A stretch of 60,013 nt of DNA, counting the filler. It is 9 parts of 9 records of this genome, joined end to end, with 100 filler letters (N's around TTAATTAATTAA, not from the genome) between each part and the next. Parts side by side here need not be neighbours in the genome. Positions count along the whole stretch, not along the records: positions 13,775 to 20,747 come from SRR31147125_50601; positions 20,848 to 26,143 come from SRR31147125_50646; positions 26,244 to 31,954 come from SRR31147125_50747; 6 more parts are not named here. One strand, 5' to 3'. Shown in pieces: positions 19,704 through 30,878 of the stretch. The position numbers and the translations under genes are program-made. Under the pieces are notes generated by a model. The model saw nothing but the letters and a program-made list of their open reading frames with translations. It made no database searches and was not told the origin of the DNA. Positions within the stretch are counted from its first letter, which is position 1; each line of letters opens with the position of its first letter.

Positions 19704-20444
19704 CTACTTCATATGAGAGGCATCAAGGGATTTTTTTCTATAGGCAATTAAATCTTCAATGGTGACCACCGGAAAGTGATGCGTTTTCGAAAAGTTCACC
19801 ACTTGGGGGAGCCTTGCCATGGTGCCGTCGGGATTGGTCAATTCGCACAAGACTCCTGAAGGCGAAAGGCCTGCCAGTTTCATAAGATCGATGGTGGCTT
19901 CCGTATGCCCTTCCCGCTCCAGCACACCGCCTGATTTTGCTCGCAGGGGAAACACATGGCCGGGACTGTTTACCGATCCGGGCCCTGCATCGGATGCCGT
20001 GGCTGCTCTGACCGTAGAGACCCGGTCCGCTGCGGAAACGCCTGTGGTCACCCCCTGAGCCGCTTCAATGGAGACGGTAAATGCCGTCTGATATTGGCTG
20101 GTGTTCTTTTCCACCATCATGGGAAGACCCAGCGCTTCAACTTTGTCATCGGTCAGACAGAGACAGACAATTCCGCTACACTCCCGAATCAGCAGTGCCA
20201 TCTGCTCTTCATTCAACGTTTGTGATGAGAAAATCAAATCTCCTTCATTTTCCCTGTTTTCATCATCGGTCACTAAGACGCCCCTTCCTTGCTGAAGTGA
20301 TGAAACGGCTTTTTCCACCCGTTGCTTGGGCGTTCCGAATTGATGCAATAAATCGGGTCTTGATATCGCCGGGTCTTGTGGTTTTTTTACTTTGGGTTCC
20401 AATGAATTTAAATTGGATCGCGTGCGTGTGTGAGTCTGATTCAT
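19704..20444 (-). CDS. ribB: 3,4-dihydroxy-2-butanone-4-phosphate synthase
   Basis: [46 protein letters not shown]. Confidence 0.97.
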   Translation of the reverse strand: MNQTHTRTRSNLNSLEPKVKKPQDPAISRPDLLHQFGTPKQRVEKAVSSLQQGRGVLVTDDENRENEGDLIFSSQTLNEEQMALLIRECSGIVCLCLTDDKVEALGLPMMVEKNTSQYQTAFTVSIEAAQGVTTGVSAADRVSTVRAATASDAGPGSVNSPGHVFPLRAKSGGVLEREGHTEATIDLMKLAGLSPSGVLCELTNPDGTMARLPQVVNFSKTHHFPVVTIEDLIAYRKKSLDASHMK

Positions 20445-20487
20445 GAGACTTCTCCTTGAAAATAATGATTAAACAGTCATGAATCAG
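20436..20487 (-). promoter_or_regulatory. Start-codon-sequestering stem (riboswitch expression platform)
   Basis: CTGATTCATGA / TCATGAATCAG 11-bp IR covering the ribB ATG, like the E. coli ribB leader. Confidence 0.75.
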
Positions 20488-20732
20488 GGCATGGGAATGG
20501 AGTATGACCGGGATAACGGCAACATCACGACAGAGCGGATGAAATTCAATCGTCGCTATGTTGGGACACGTGGCATATACCCCACGAAAATCCGAAAACC
20601 ATCAATGACAAGGATCTTCATGGAAGCTGCCGTGACTGTGCATCCGGCCGACAACGACAATGCATGAAAATACTCAATGGACTTTGAGTTCTATCATGAC
20701 AATGGTCTGCCGGACATCGGCGTACCCGGGAT

Positions 20733-20747
20733 ATTCTCTTCCATCCG
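20733..20747 (-). promoter_or_regulatory. FMN riboswitch, 3' end only (cut by contig edge)
   Basis: CGGAUGGAAGAGAAU is the conserved RFN 3' end and lies upstream of ribB. Confidence 0.75.
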
Positions 20748-20847
20748 NNNNNNNNNNNNNNNNNNNNNNNNNNNNNNNNNNNNNNNNNNNNTTAATTAAT
20801 TAANNNNNNNNNNNNNNNNNNNNNNNNNNNNNNNNNNNNNNNNNNNN
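20748..20847. other. Artificial contig spacer
   Basis: N run with TTAATTAATTAA. Confidence 0.99.
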
Positions 20848-21017
20848 CCCTCACCGTCGGGAGCGGGTTCGATGTAGGCATCGCCGTCGTCACCGAGGAG
20901 AATCTCCAGACTGTCGGCCCTGAGTTCGGGAACGACGAACAGGAAGAGAGCCAGGATAAGGAGCGCCGAAAATCTGATACGGCTGATCAGCCGGACGTGA
21001 TTGGCTGTATTCATCAC
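20848..21017 (-). CDS. Secreted hypothetical protein (3'-truncated)
   Basis: Signal-peptide-like N-terminus running into the gap. Confidence 0.55.
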
Positions 21018-21192
21018 ACTCAGATTATCGGCGTCGGTGACTGCGGCACTAAGAGCGAGTTGGTTCGGGCCGATAGTGAAGAGTTCCTGTATTTGATATG
21101 AATTGCGGCTGAAACGAGTGTTTTCGCTGAAGAATTCCTTATTCTTGTTTCATCAGCCCGGCAGCAACACCAGCCGGCCCCGGAGATCCGTT

Positions 21193-22608
21193 TTGCAGAA
21201 AACACGAACGAAAATCGTCGCCACCATCGGCAGGTACAACGACACAGCATTCATCCGCAGCCTGATAGATGCCGGTGCCGTCACTTTCAGACTCAACACC
21301 GCCCACCAGGAGCCGGAGGAGTCCCTGGCCATCATCGGCAGGATCAGGGAAGTCACCGACAAAGCGGCCATTCTACTGGACACCAAGGGACCCGAGATAC
21401 GAACGGTGGACATCGACGATGCCATCAAGGTGAAAGAAGGAGATGAAGTATTCGTCGTTCCAAGGGGAACGGAACTGAGGGTTCCGCATTTCTCGGTCAG
21501 TTACGATAAGTTCTGCACCAGTACGAAACCGGGAACCGAGATACTTATCGACGACGGAGAGCTGTCCCTTACTGTCACGGATCGGAAAGAAAAGAAGCTG
21601 GCCTGCCGGGTGAACAACGATGGTTTCATCAGAAACCGGAAAAGCATCAATATCCCGAACATCTCCGTCCCCCTGCCACCGCTGACGGAAAAAGATGAAC
21701 GCTACATCCGCTTCGGCGCAGAAAACGGGATCGATTTCATCGCCCATTCCTTCGTGCGGAACAAAGACGATGTCATCGCGGTGCAGAACATTCTGGACGG
21801 ATACGACAGCCCGATCAAAATCATCGCCAAGATAGAGAACAAGGAAGGCATCAGGAATCTGAACGAGATTCTCGATCACTGTCATGGAATCATGATCGCC
21901 CGAGGAGACCTGGGTATCGAGCTTCCGGCCGAAGAAGTGCCTCTTGCCCAGAAGAAAATGATCCGCCAGTGTGTCAAACGCCGGAAGGTGGTGATCACCG
22001 CCACCCAGATGCTGCACAGCATGATCAGCAATCCCCGGCCTACCAGAGCCGAAGTAAGCGATGTGGCCAATGCCGTGATGGACGGTACGGATGCCATGAT
22101 GCTCTCAGGCGAGACGGCTTACGGCGACTACGCCAGAGAAGCAGTGGATACCATGGTAGCCATCGCTAAAAAGGCGGAAAGCCAGATGAAGCCCATCGTC
22201 AAAGAAAGAAAAGTGGTGAAGATGCATGCTATCCGGTACCAGCTCATCAAGTCCGCCGTGGACATCGCCAAAACCCTCAAGGCGAAGGCTATTGTCGTCC
22301 AGACCGACAGCGGAAGGTCCGCCCACCTGCTGTCCGCCTACCGCGGGAAGATACCGGTGATGGCCCTGACCCCGGATCGGACGGTCATGCGTCAGCTTGC
22401 CCTGAACTTCGGAGTTTTCGCATTCCACCTGAAGAGCCAGGAGACCCTGGACGAAATGGTGAGCGAATCCGTACAGGCGCTGCTGTCCGCCGACGTGATT
22501 ACCGACAAGGACCTGGTGGTACTGGTTGGTTCATCTCCAAAAATGTCCCAGGTGACGAATTTCCTGGAAGTCGGCAGCGCCGCCCAGTTCCTGGAAGGAA
22601 GAGAATAG
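21193..22608 (+). CDS. pyk: Pyruvate kinase
   Basis: TKIVATIG, LLDTKGPEIRT, IIAKIEN, MIARGDLG, TATQML, MLSGETA; TTG start after GGAG. Confidence 0.97.
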   Translation: MQKTRTKIVATIGRYNDTAFIRSLIDAGAVTFRLNTAHQEPEESLAIIGRIREVTDKAAILLDTKGPEIRTVDIDDAIKVKEGDEVFVVPRGTELRVPHFSVSYDKFCTSTKPGTEILIDDGELSLTVTDRKEKKLACRVNNDGFIRNRKSINIPNISVPLPPLTEKDERYIRFGAENGIDFIAHSFVRNKDDVIAVQNILDGYDSPIKIIAKIENKEGIRNLNEILDHCHGIMIARGDLGIELPAEEVPLAQKKMIRQCVKRRKVVITATQMLHSMISNPRPTRAEVSDVANAVMDGTDAMMLSGETAYGDYAREAVDTMVAIAKKAESQMKPIVKERKVVKMHAIRYQLIKSAVDIAKTLKAKAIVVQTDSGRSAHLLSAYRGKIPVMALTPDRTVMRQLALNFGVFAFHLKSQETLDEMVSESVQALLSADVITDKDLVVLVGSSPKMSQVTNFLEVGSAAQFLEGRE

Positions 22609-22669
22609 CAACCGGCACTCCATACCGGGAAAAGTTTACAATTCGCCTGTTCGGCCGTAGTATGGGTCC

Positions 22670-23683
22670 ATGCTCAAAGCCCTGAAGGTACTCCTTCCCG
22701 TTTTCGCCATTCTCTTCCTGTTCTTCCTCGTCCTGTCCATATTGAGCATTTTCAGGAACCAGATCAGCGCCGACGGAGGTGTGGGTGGAGGGAAGAAGTT
22801 CCATTACGCGATTTTCCTGCCGAACTCGGATCATCACTTCTTCACAGAACTGAAGGAAGGCGCCGAAAGCGGCGCTGAAAACCTGGACTGCGCTGTTTCT
22901 TTCCACGACATGAGCGTCGATCCCGACAGTCTCCGTATGGCCGAATACGCCGGCTATGACGGAATCGCCGTCTACCTGTACGAACAGAATAGCACCCACC
23001 GGGAAGCGCTGGAAAATCTCCACGCACGGGGAATACCGGTGGTCTACATCGAGAATGCCCCGGCGGAACGGCCTGATGCCTTCCTCATCGGTACCAACAG
23101 TTTCGATTCGGGAAAGGGCATCGGAAGGGTCGCTGCCAATTCCGACAGCAGCCAGCTGGACCTGACGCTGGTCTACAGCGAGAGAAACCCCGGACTGCTG
23201 ACCGACTCGAATCTACTGGAGATGGGAATCAAGGAGATACTCGGCGACAGGCTCCACTCTCTCCAGAGCACAGAAACCGGCCTGAACCCCCTTGACGCCG
23301 AGGCCCTCGCCTACGAAATCATGCAGGGCGGCATCGAACCGGAACAGGCCGATTCCGGCCGGCGCAATATCGTTGTCCTCACCGACCTGGACGATACTCT
23401 GGTAACGCTTCAGGCCATCACCGACATGAACCTGGTTGGACAGGTCGGGGTGATCGGCTTCGGTGACAATGAGTCGATCCAGGAGTATATCGGCAAGGAC
23501 CTCCTGATGGGCAGCATCGTCAGGAACCCCTACAGGATAGGCTATTCCTCCATCATGGCCCTGGAGGAGATATCCGAAATAGGCTACACCTCCGCCTACG
23601 TGGATACGGGAATCAGTATTCTGTTCAATGAGGAAGACAGCAGTGATTCCTACATAGGACGGGGAACGGGAGGCGCAGATTGA
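22670..23683 (+). CDS. Membrane-anchored sugar-binding sensor protein (Peripla_BP)
   Basis: N-terminal TM, FFTELKEGA, GIPVVYIE, IGTNSFDSGK, PYRIGY, VDTG. Confidence 0.85.
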   Translation: MLKALKVLLPVFAILFLFFLVLSILSIFRNQISADGGVGGGKKFHYAIFLPNSDHHFFTELKEGAESGAENLDCAVSFHDMSVDPDSLRMAEYAGYDGIAVYLYEQNSTHREALENLHARGIPVVYIENAPAERPDAFLIGTNSFDSGKGIGRVAANSDSSQLDLTLVYSERNPGLLTDSNLLEMGIKEILGDRLHSLQSTETGLNPLDAEALAYEIMQGGIEPEQADSGRRNIVVLTDLDDTLVTLQAITDMNLVGQVGVIGFGDNESIQEYIGKDLLMGSIVRNPYRIGYSSIMALEEISEIGYTSAYVDTGISILFNEEDSSDSYIGRGTGGAD

Positions 23684-25158
23684 ATCGCTCCCTTCGTTTC
23701 CGCCTGATGCTGTTCTTCTCCATCAGTATCCTCATCAGTGTCGTCGCCCTGGGATTCGTTTTCTGGAACACGCTGAAACTCCAGGACATCGCCGACCGGA
23801 GATTTTCCGAAGAACAGTACCTCCGGGACATCCAGCAGCATCTCGATGCCGTGCAGCCGGCCCTGCAGGAATACCTGAGCAGCTGGTCATCCTCGGCACT
23901 TTCAATACTGCTGTTCAACACTGAGTCCCTGCGGGATCTCGTTCCCCAGGACAGAACCATCTACGACGATGAACGGGAACTGGCCAAAAGGGAGATTTAC
24001 TTCCTGATCGATACCTATCTGGCCAGTGTCACCGAAGCGATCGACATGAAACGCGGAAGGAAGGTGGATGAGTACAGCCTGGTGTTCGAGGATCTCATTT
24101 CTCTGCATCGCTACATCTCCAACCGGCTGGACGCTGCCAGCCTTCTGGGATTCAGGATTCAGCTGGAGGAATACAACCGCTTCCTGGACGTATTCAGGAA
24201 GGTGCAACTCTACAGCCTGCTGCAGATTCTGATCGCAACGGTATTCGCCTACACGCTCCTGCTCCAGTCGGTGAACACCATCACCAATCCGCTACTCCAG
24301 CTCTCGGACCTGGCCGGCGCGCTGTCGGGGGGCAACTTCGACGTTCCGGATACCCATTTCTCCGGGATCCGGGAAGTGAGTGATGTGGCGGAAGCCTTCA
24401 ACGACATGAAGCACAGCATCCGCCATTACGTGGAGGAGCTGAAGAACCATCAGGAGATGGAACAGCAGATGATGAACACCAGGCTCCGGAATATGCAGAT
24501 GGAGCAGCTTCTCAAACGGATGGAGCTCTACACGATGCAGGCCCAGATGAATCCCCATTTTCTGTTCAACACGCTGAACACCGGAGTCCAGCTGGCTATC
24601 GTGGAGGACGCGGACCGTACCGCCGAGTTCATGGAGAAGCTGGCCAAGCTCTTCCGCTACAATATCCGTGGCCGGTCCTTCTTTGTTCCCTTGAGTTATG
24701 AGATCGAAGGTCTGCGAACCTACTTCGACATCCTGAGAATCCGATTCCCGAAAACCCTCACGCTGAACATGGAGGTGCGGGAGGATCTCCTGGACCGCTA
24801 TGAATGCCCGGCGATGGTGATTCAGCCGCTGGTGGAGAACTCGGTTCTCCATGCCTTCAAGGGCATGGAGAACGGTGAGATTAACGTGTTCGTCGGATTC
24901 GAGGATCCCATGCTCATCATCAGCGTGAAGGACAACGGGGTCGGGATTCCCGAGAAGACAACGAAAGCCCTGCTGGTCCCCCATACCCACGACTACCAGC
25001 TCTCCTCGAAGGTGATGGGTCTGGAGAACGTGATTCAACGCTGCTACTTCTACTACCCGGACCAGCAGGATGTCATTGATATCCAGAGTGGACCTGAGGA
25101 AGGCACGGAAATCATCATCCGGATCAATACAAAGGTGGAACCATGTATCGAGTCCTGA
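23680..25158 (+). CDS. YesM/LytS-like sensor histidine kinase
   Basis: Two TMs, HAMP, QAQMNPHFLFNTLN, QPLVENSVLHA, DNGVGI. Confidence 0.94.
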   Translation: MNRSLRFRLMLFFSISILISVVALGFVFWNTLKLQDIADRRFSEEQYLRDIQQHLDAVQPALQEYLSSWSSSALSILLFNTESLRDLVPQDRTIYDDERELAKREIYFLIDTYLASVTEAIDMKRGRKVDEYSLVFEDLISLHRYISNRLDAASLLGFRIQLEEYNRFLDVFRKVQLYSLLQILIATVFAYTLLLQSVNTITNPLLQLSDLAGALSGGNFDVPDTHFSGIREVSDVAEAFNDMKHSIRHYVEELKNHQEMEQQMMNTRLRNMQMEQLLKRMELYTMQAQMNPHFLFNTLNTGVQLAIVEDADRTAEFMEKLAKLFRYNIRGRSFFVPLSYEIEGLRTYFDILRIRFPKTLTLNMEVREDLLDRYECPAMVIQPLVENSVLHAFKGMENGEINVFVGFEDPMLIISVKDNGVGIPEKTTKALLVPHTHDYQLSSKVMGLENVIQRCYFYYPDQQDVIDIQSGPEEGTEIIIRINTKVEPCIES

Positions 25159-26143
25159 TTGTTGATGACGAAGAACCGGTACTGGAGAGCTTCTCGTTCA
25201 TCATCGGGCAGGAGGCCGGCTCCTTCGAAGTCTGCGGGCAGGCGCGGTCCGGAGAGGAAGCGATAGCGGTTATCGTCCGGGAGGAACCGGACCTGGTGTT
25301 CATGGACGTGCAGATGGGGGGCATCGACGGGATTGAGGCGATCCGGCAGGTGCGGTCCCGCTATCCCGATATGGTGTTCATCCTGGCCACCGCCTACGAA
25401 CGATTCGATATCGCCAGGAAGGTGATTCCCCTGAATGTCTTCTCTTATCTGGTGAAGCCGATCAGCAAGAAAAGCCTCCTGGAGGAGCTGGAGAAGGTGA
25501 AGCTGCATCTGGACGGCATCCGTGAGAAAGGCCGTATGCTGGAGAAACAGAAAGCTCTGATGCAGGAGTCCCGGGGAGAGGAAATCGGTTCATTCATTTC
25601 CCGGCTGATGCTCCGGAATCCCACCGAAGATGAGTGGAATCGTTTCCGGGATATAACGGCGATGCCCGGCGATACAGCACAGGTAGCCATCTACCGGCTG
25701 AAGGACAGCACCCAGGATGCTTCCGGAACGCTGAAGGAAATTGCGAAGCAGGTGAAATTCAAGTGCAGCTGCCGCTACTCACTGCAGGCGGGCATGATGA
25801 TCCTGCTCGTCTCCACCGGAGAAGCGGGTGTCACGCATGCCGATGTTCTCCGGCAGTCCGCCGAAGAGCAGAACGCTACCGTATCCATCGGAGAACCCCA
25901 CCACTATTCGGAACTGATGGACTCCTTCCTGGGGGCCTTCGAGGAGATACAGGAAACCGCCGGTCCGGAAGTCCACAGGGAAACGCGGACGCTGACGGAA
26001 CTGGCCGACCGGATCGTCAGGGCCGGCACCGGCGGCGACGATGCCCGCATCATCTTCGACGACGCCTGGCCGGCGGTATTCGCCGGATTTCCCTTTGAAG
26101 TAGCCAAAGGCAAGATGGTAGCTCTGTTCAGCCTGCTGCTGGC
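25143..26143 (+). CDS. YesN-like response regulator (3'-truncated)
   Basis: VLIVDDE, PDLVFMDVQM, YLVKP receiver domain. Confidence 0.92.
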
Positions 26144-26243
26144 NNNNNNNNNNNNNNNNNNNNNNNNNNNNNNNNNNNNNNNNNNNNTTAATTAATTAAN
26201 NNNNNNNNNNNNNNNNNNNNNNNNNNNNNNNNNNNNNNNNNNN
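26144..26243. other. Artificial contig spacer
   Basis: N run with TTAATTAATTAA. Confidence 0.99.
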
Positions 26244-27261
26244 ATCGGATGGCACAACGCCGACCATATCTGAGGTTGTGCAGGAGATCAATGGTGAATA
26301 CACCGGTACGATTACACAAATTATTTCGGATGCGGGTGAAGTGGATGAAGTGATTGTTGAAGGTGAATCCGCAAGTAACGACTTCCATGTCGGCAATTGG
26401 ATTGATGTCCTCGCAGTATTCAGCGTAAAATCGACCGTGACCACCAATGATGAAGAATTCGTACCCGTTGCGTTTATGGAAGAACGGCAAGTCAATGACC
26501 TGAAAGATGTGTTCTGGAACATGAACACCATATCGCATGAAATCATCGAAGAGGTAATAGAACCTGAGCCGACACCTGCACCAAGAGCCGCTCCCTCACC
26601 AAACCCAAGTGCATCTGCAAGCCCTACACCCGAACCAACGCCCGAGATCATCCGGACGCTGGTGATTTCTGTTGAGAGCATGACGTTTCAGGATGGCGCA
26701 GAAATGTATCATTTCTCGGAAGATCAAGTCGCTGTTCTTGACGATCTGATGACTCCATCCTACTTCCCAATGTTTATGGAAATCTGCGGGATGGATTCGT
26801 ATATTGGGCTGACACCGGAACAAATGGCGCAGCTTATCAACGATTTGCCGGATGGTGAATTAGGCAGTGAGATTGTGGAATATGCGATATCGCGTTTGGG
26901 GCATCCATATTCGAAAACGTTGCGTGGTCAAGGCAACTATGTAGACTGCTCATACCTTGCGCGTTGGTGTTATCAACAAGCCGGAGTATCGCATTACACA
27001 GCAAGTACAGCGGCGGAGCAAGCGCGATACTGCGTGAATAACAGCCTTTGTATTGCGTTTGAGGATTTGATACCGGGAGATCTAATTTTCTGGTCGTTCA
27101 AAACAAATGGGCGGTTTATGAATATCAGTCATGTTGGGATTTATGCAGGTGACGGCTATGTGATCGATGCCTCGAGCAGCCGCGGTATGGTGGTCTATCG
27201 CCCTGTGTTCGGTGAAAGCAGCATTGTTACGTGTGCCAGACCGCATGTGCTAAACGAATGA
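26244..27261 (+). CDS. NlpC/P60 (C40) cell-wall peptidase, ICE-type (5'-truncated)
   Basis: LGHPYS, DCS, PGDLIFW, HVGIYAGDG; Pro/Thr-rich linker. Confidence 0.9.
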
Positions 27262-27272
27262 GAGGAAATATC

Positions 27273-27953
27273 ATGACATTGAAAATAAAATGTTTGATAA
27301 CGGTTGGCTGTATGCTGACCGTTATCATCCTATTGTGCTTGTTTTATTGTACAGATACGTGTGGCTACGAAAACGAATTGACAGCACAAACAACATTAGC
27401 GAATCAATCGGATATTACTGGAAGTCAATCTTCAAATAGCACGGAAGTGTTTTCAGAAGCAACAATATCGCATAACTCACAACCTGAATTCACCTCGGTC
27501 GTTGAGCCAGCCTATACTAACAAGCCCGAACCCGTTGATGATGACATATCCGATGCTTTCCAATCGAATATGTCCATTTCGATTGAAACATCAAGAAAGA
27601 CACGAACGTATGATGTGATGTTAGATGTTAATGAAGACACGCTGAAAACTCATCTAGGACACCTGCCATCATCCGTAATGCCTGGTGAAGACGGATTATG
27701 TGTAATTATGGGACATCGAGACACTGATTTCAGGATACTTCGTCATTTAAAAATTGGAGATATAATAGTTGTTACCCGTGAGAGTAATGACTTCGTATAT
27801 TTGGTTTATCAAATTGAAATAGTGAATAGTGATAGTGAGTTGAGATTTGATGCAACATCTGATGCAAGTCTAGTGTTAGTTACATGTTATCCTTTCAGAT
27901 ATACAGGACATGCTCCGCGGAAATTTGTTGTTTATGCGAGTAGATGTGAATGA
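27273..27953 (+). CDS. Sortase (class D-like)
   Basis: N-terminal TM, GHRDT, LVTCYPF and downstream R. Confidence 0.88.
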   Translation: MTLKIKCLITVGCMLTVIILLCLFYCTDTCGYENELTAQTTLANQSDITGSQSSNSTEVFSEATISHNSQPEFTSVVEPAYTNKPEPVDDDISDAFQSNMSISIETSRKTRTYDVMLDVNEDTLKTHLGHLPSSVMPGEDGLCVIMGHRDTDFRILRHLKIGDIIVVTRESNDFVYLVYQIEIVNSDSELRFDATSDASLVLVTCYPFRYTGHAPRKFVVYASRCE

Positions 27954-28064
27954 AAAGGTCCAATTATGATCGCATTCAAATAATATACAACTTATTTTTT
28001 GCAAGATGGATCATTCTAATTTTATACATTTTATGATAAGATGTTATAGGCATAATTCGACAAT

Positions 28065-30866
28065 ATGGAGATTGAGATGAGCGTAGAATCAGAATTTACT
28101 TTAGAGAGTAGAATGATAGAGCGGTTTGTGAAGGCTGGCTATAGTTATGTGAAAATCCGTGACGAGGTGGCTATGCATGAAAACCTCAAAGCGCAGTTAG
28201 AGAAACATAATGACAAAATATTTTCTGATCAAGAATTTCAGAGAATCTTAATACATCTTAATTCGTCCGGTGTTTTCGAAAGCGCTAAGAAACTTAGAGA
28301 TAAATACGAACTGCAACGAGATGATAATACTTATGAATATATAGAGTTCTTTGATAGCAATGCTTGGTGCAAAAACGAGTATCAGGTAACAAATCAAGTG
28401 ACAATGGTAGGGAAACGTAAGAATAGGTATGATGTTACTATTTTAATAAACGGCCTTCCACTTGTTCAGATTGAATTGAAAAAACGTGGGGTTGAACTTA
28501 AGCAGGCGTTTCATCAAATAGATAGATATCATAGAGACTCTTATGGCGGTCTTTTTACATATACGCAGATATTTGTGATCTCAAATGGTGTTAATACAAA
28601 ATATTTCTCAAACTCAAAAGGGCAACCATATTCAAACACGTTTACGTGGACTGATGACAAAAATGTTAAGGTTAATGAACTAGAGGAATTCACTGAGATA
28701 TTCCTTGAAAAGTGCCATATCTCTAAGATGATAGCAAAGTATACGGTGTTACACGAGACAACTAAGAAAATAATGGTCATGAGACCATATCAATATTATG
28801 CTACCGAAAAAATCATTGCTCAGGTTGTGAATAGCCCGACAAAGAACGGGTACATATGGCATACTACTGGCAGCGGTAAAACGCTAACTTCTTTTAAAAC
28901 TAGCCAGATACTTAGCACCATGGATAAGATTGATAAAATCCTATTTGTTGTAGATAGAAAAGACCTAGACTATCAAACAATAAAAGAGTTCAAGTCGTTT
29001 TCAAAAGATAGTGTAGAAAATACTAAGAATACAAGAAATCTAGAGCATCAGTTATCAGATGATAAAATCTCGCTTATAGTTACTACTATTCAAAAGCTCA
29101 ATAATGCGATAACGAAAGAACGCTATCAGAAAAAGATGCAACGGCTTAGAGATAAACGATTTGTAATTATATTTGATGAATGCCATAGAACTCAGTTCGG
29201 AGATACGCATAAAAGAATTGATGAGTTTTTTACTAACAAACAATTCTTCGGATTTACTGGGACACCAATCTTTAAAGATAACAACATCAAGGGTAGAACT
29301 ACAAAGGAGTTGTTCGGAGAATGTTTGCATAGATATCTTATAAAAGATGCGATTGATGACGAGAATGTTTTAGATTTCTCAGTCGAATACATTTCAACAT
29401 TTAAATCCAATAGTTTGTTAACAGATGGAGAAGATATTGATGTTGATGATTTTGATAAGATTGTAGGCATTGATAAAAAAGAAGTATTTGAAAGTCAGGA
29501 TAGACTTGATCTAGTGGCTGGGCATATCATTGATATACATTCAAGAAAGACATATCAAAATGAATATACCGCATTATTTGCTGTTAGTAGTGTAAAAACT
29601 GCAATTCGATATTATGATATCTTCAAGGAAAAGAACGTTGGACTTAAGATAGCGACCATATTCACGTATAACCCAAATGAAGTACAAGAATATACGGGAG
29701 ACATGGATGAAGATGAAGCAATATCACAAGACACCCGCAGCAAACTTGAGAGCATAGTTGACGATTTTAATTGTAATTTTGGAACAAACCATGACTTGAA
29801 CAAGGACAATGGGTTTAACGCATATTATGTGGATGTCTCAAAAAAGGTTAAAGAAAAGAAAATTGATCTTCTAATCGTAGTTAATATGTTTTTGACCGGA
29901 TTTGATAGTAAACCTTTAAATACGTTGTATGTGGATAAAAACCTTAAATATCATGGTCTGATACAGGCATACTCAAGAACAAACCGTATATACGATGATA
30001 AGAAAAAACATGGGAATATCGTTTGTTTCAGAAATCTGAAGAAAAGAACGGATGAAGCAATCACGCTTTTCTCAGATGAAGATGCTATAGAAACGGTTTT
30101 AAAGAAATCTTATGGCTTCTATGTTGAGTTATTGAATAATCTCATTTATGAACTTCTTAGGCAAGCGCCACGTGTTCAGGATGTTGATAGATTGCAGGGC
30201 GATGAAGAAGTTGAATTTGTAAAATCATTTAGGGAGATTCTTCGCACTCTAAATATTATCGAAACATTTAGAGAGTTTAACTATGATGACTTAGATTTAG
30301 ACGAGCAAACTCTTGAAGATTATAAAGGTAAGTACTTGGATCTTTACGAGAAAGTCAAGAATAACCGCCTAGATCCTGAAATAGAATCAATACTCGATGA
30401 TATTTCTTTTGAGATCGAGCTTATACGACGAGACCATATTAATGTCCAATATATTATCGAGTTGCTATCACACCTTGATAAGGATAGTGTAAGTTATGAA
30501 TCTGATAAAAAGCATATCTACAAGATTATTGATGCTAATGAACGTTTGCGCAGTAAGAAGGAGCTTATTAAGAAGTTTATTGAAGAGAACTTAATAGAAG
30601 CCAACGATACTATCGATGTTGAGGCAGAACTTCATTCATTTATGGAGCTGGAAAAGGCAAAGGAAATACACGAATTTGCTGATAAAGAGAATCTGTATCC
30701 TGAGAAGATAGCAGGGGTTTTAACATACTATGAGTTTACAAATAGAATTGATCACAGTAAAATCAAAGACTTATCAAAAGAACCGCTGAAGTTTTTAGAA
30801 CGCAATAAAAAAATCCCGGCATGGGAAGCGTTTGTTGAAAATGTAATCGAAAAATATGCATGGTAG
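28065..30866 (+). CDS. hsdR: Type I restriction endonuclease subunit R
   Basis: RYDVTILINGLPLVQIELK, HTTGSGKT, DECHR, FTGTP, MFLTGFD, QAYSRTNR. Confidence 0.97.
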   Translation: MEIEMSVESEFTLESRMIERFVKAGYSYVKIRDEVAMHENLKAQLEKHNDKIFSDQEFQRILIHLNSSGVFESAKKLRDKYELQRDDNTYEYIEFFDSNAWCKNEYQVTNQVTMVGKRKNRYDVTILINGLPLVQIELKKRGVELKQAFHQIDRYHRDSYGGLFTYTQIFVISNGVNTKYFSNSKGQPYSNTFTWTDDKNVKVNELEEFTEIFLEKCHISKMIAKYTVLHETTKKIMVMRPYQYYATEKIIAQVVNSPTKNGYIWHTTGSGKTLTSFKTSQILSTMDKIDKILFVVDRKDLDYQTIKEFKSFSKDSVENTKNTRNLEHQLSDDKISLIVTTIQKLNNAITKERYQKKMQRLRDKRFVIIFDECHRTQFGDTHKRIDEFFTNKQFFGFTGTPIFKDNNIKGRTTKELFGECLHRYLIKDAIDDENVLDFSVEYISTFKSNSLLTDGEDIDVDDFDKIVGIDKKEVFESQDRLDLVAGHIIDIHSRKTYQNEYTALFAVSSVKTAIRYYDIFKEKNVGLKIATIFTYNPNEVQEYTGDMDEDEAISQDTRSKLESIVDDFNCNFGTNHDLNKDNGFNAYYVDVSKKVKEKKIDLLIVVNMFLTGFDSKPLNTLYVDKNLKYHGLIQAYSRTNRIYDDKKKHGNIVCFRNLKKRTDEAITLFSDEDAIETVLKKSYGFYVELLNNLIYELLRQAPRVQDVDRLQGDEEVEFVKSFREILRTLNIIETFREFNYDDLDLDEQTLEDYKGKYLDLYEKVKNNRLDPEIESILDDISFEIELIRRDHINVQYIIELLSHLDKDSVSYESDKKHIYKIIDANERLRSKKELIKKFIEENLIEANDTIDVEAELHSFMELEKAKEIHEFADKENLYPEKIAGVLTYYEFTNRIDHSKIKDLSKEPLKFLERNKKIPAWEAFVENVIEKYAW

Positions 30867-30878
30867 AGGAGACTAAAG

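Noticed and set aside
21373-25508. Long antisense ORFs (214, 174, 248 and 151 aa)
   Set aside because: Shadow frames of GC-rich genes with clear function on the plus strand.
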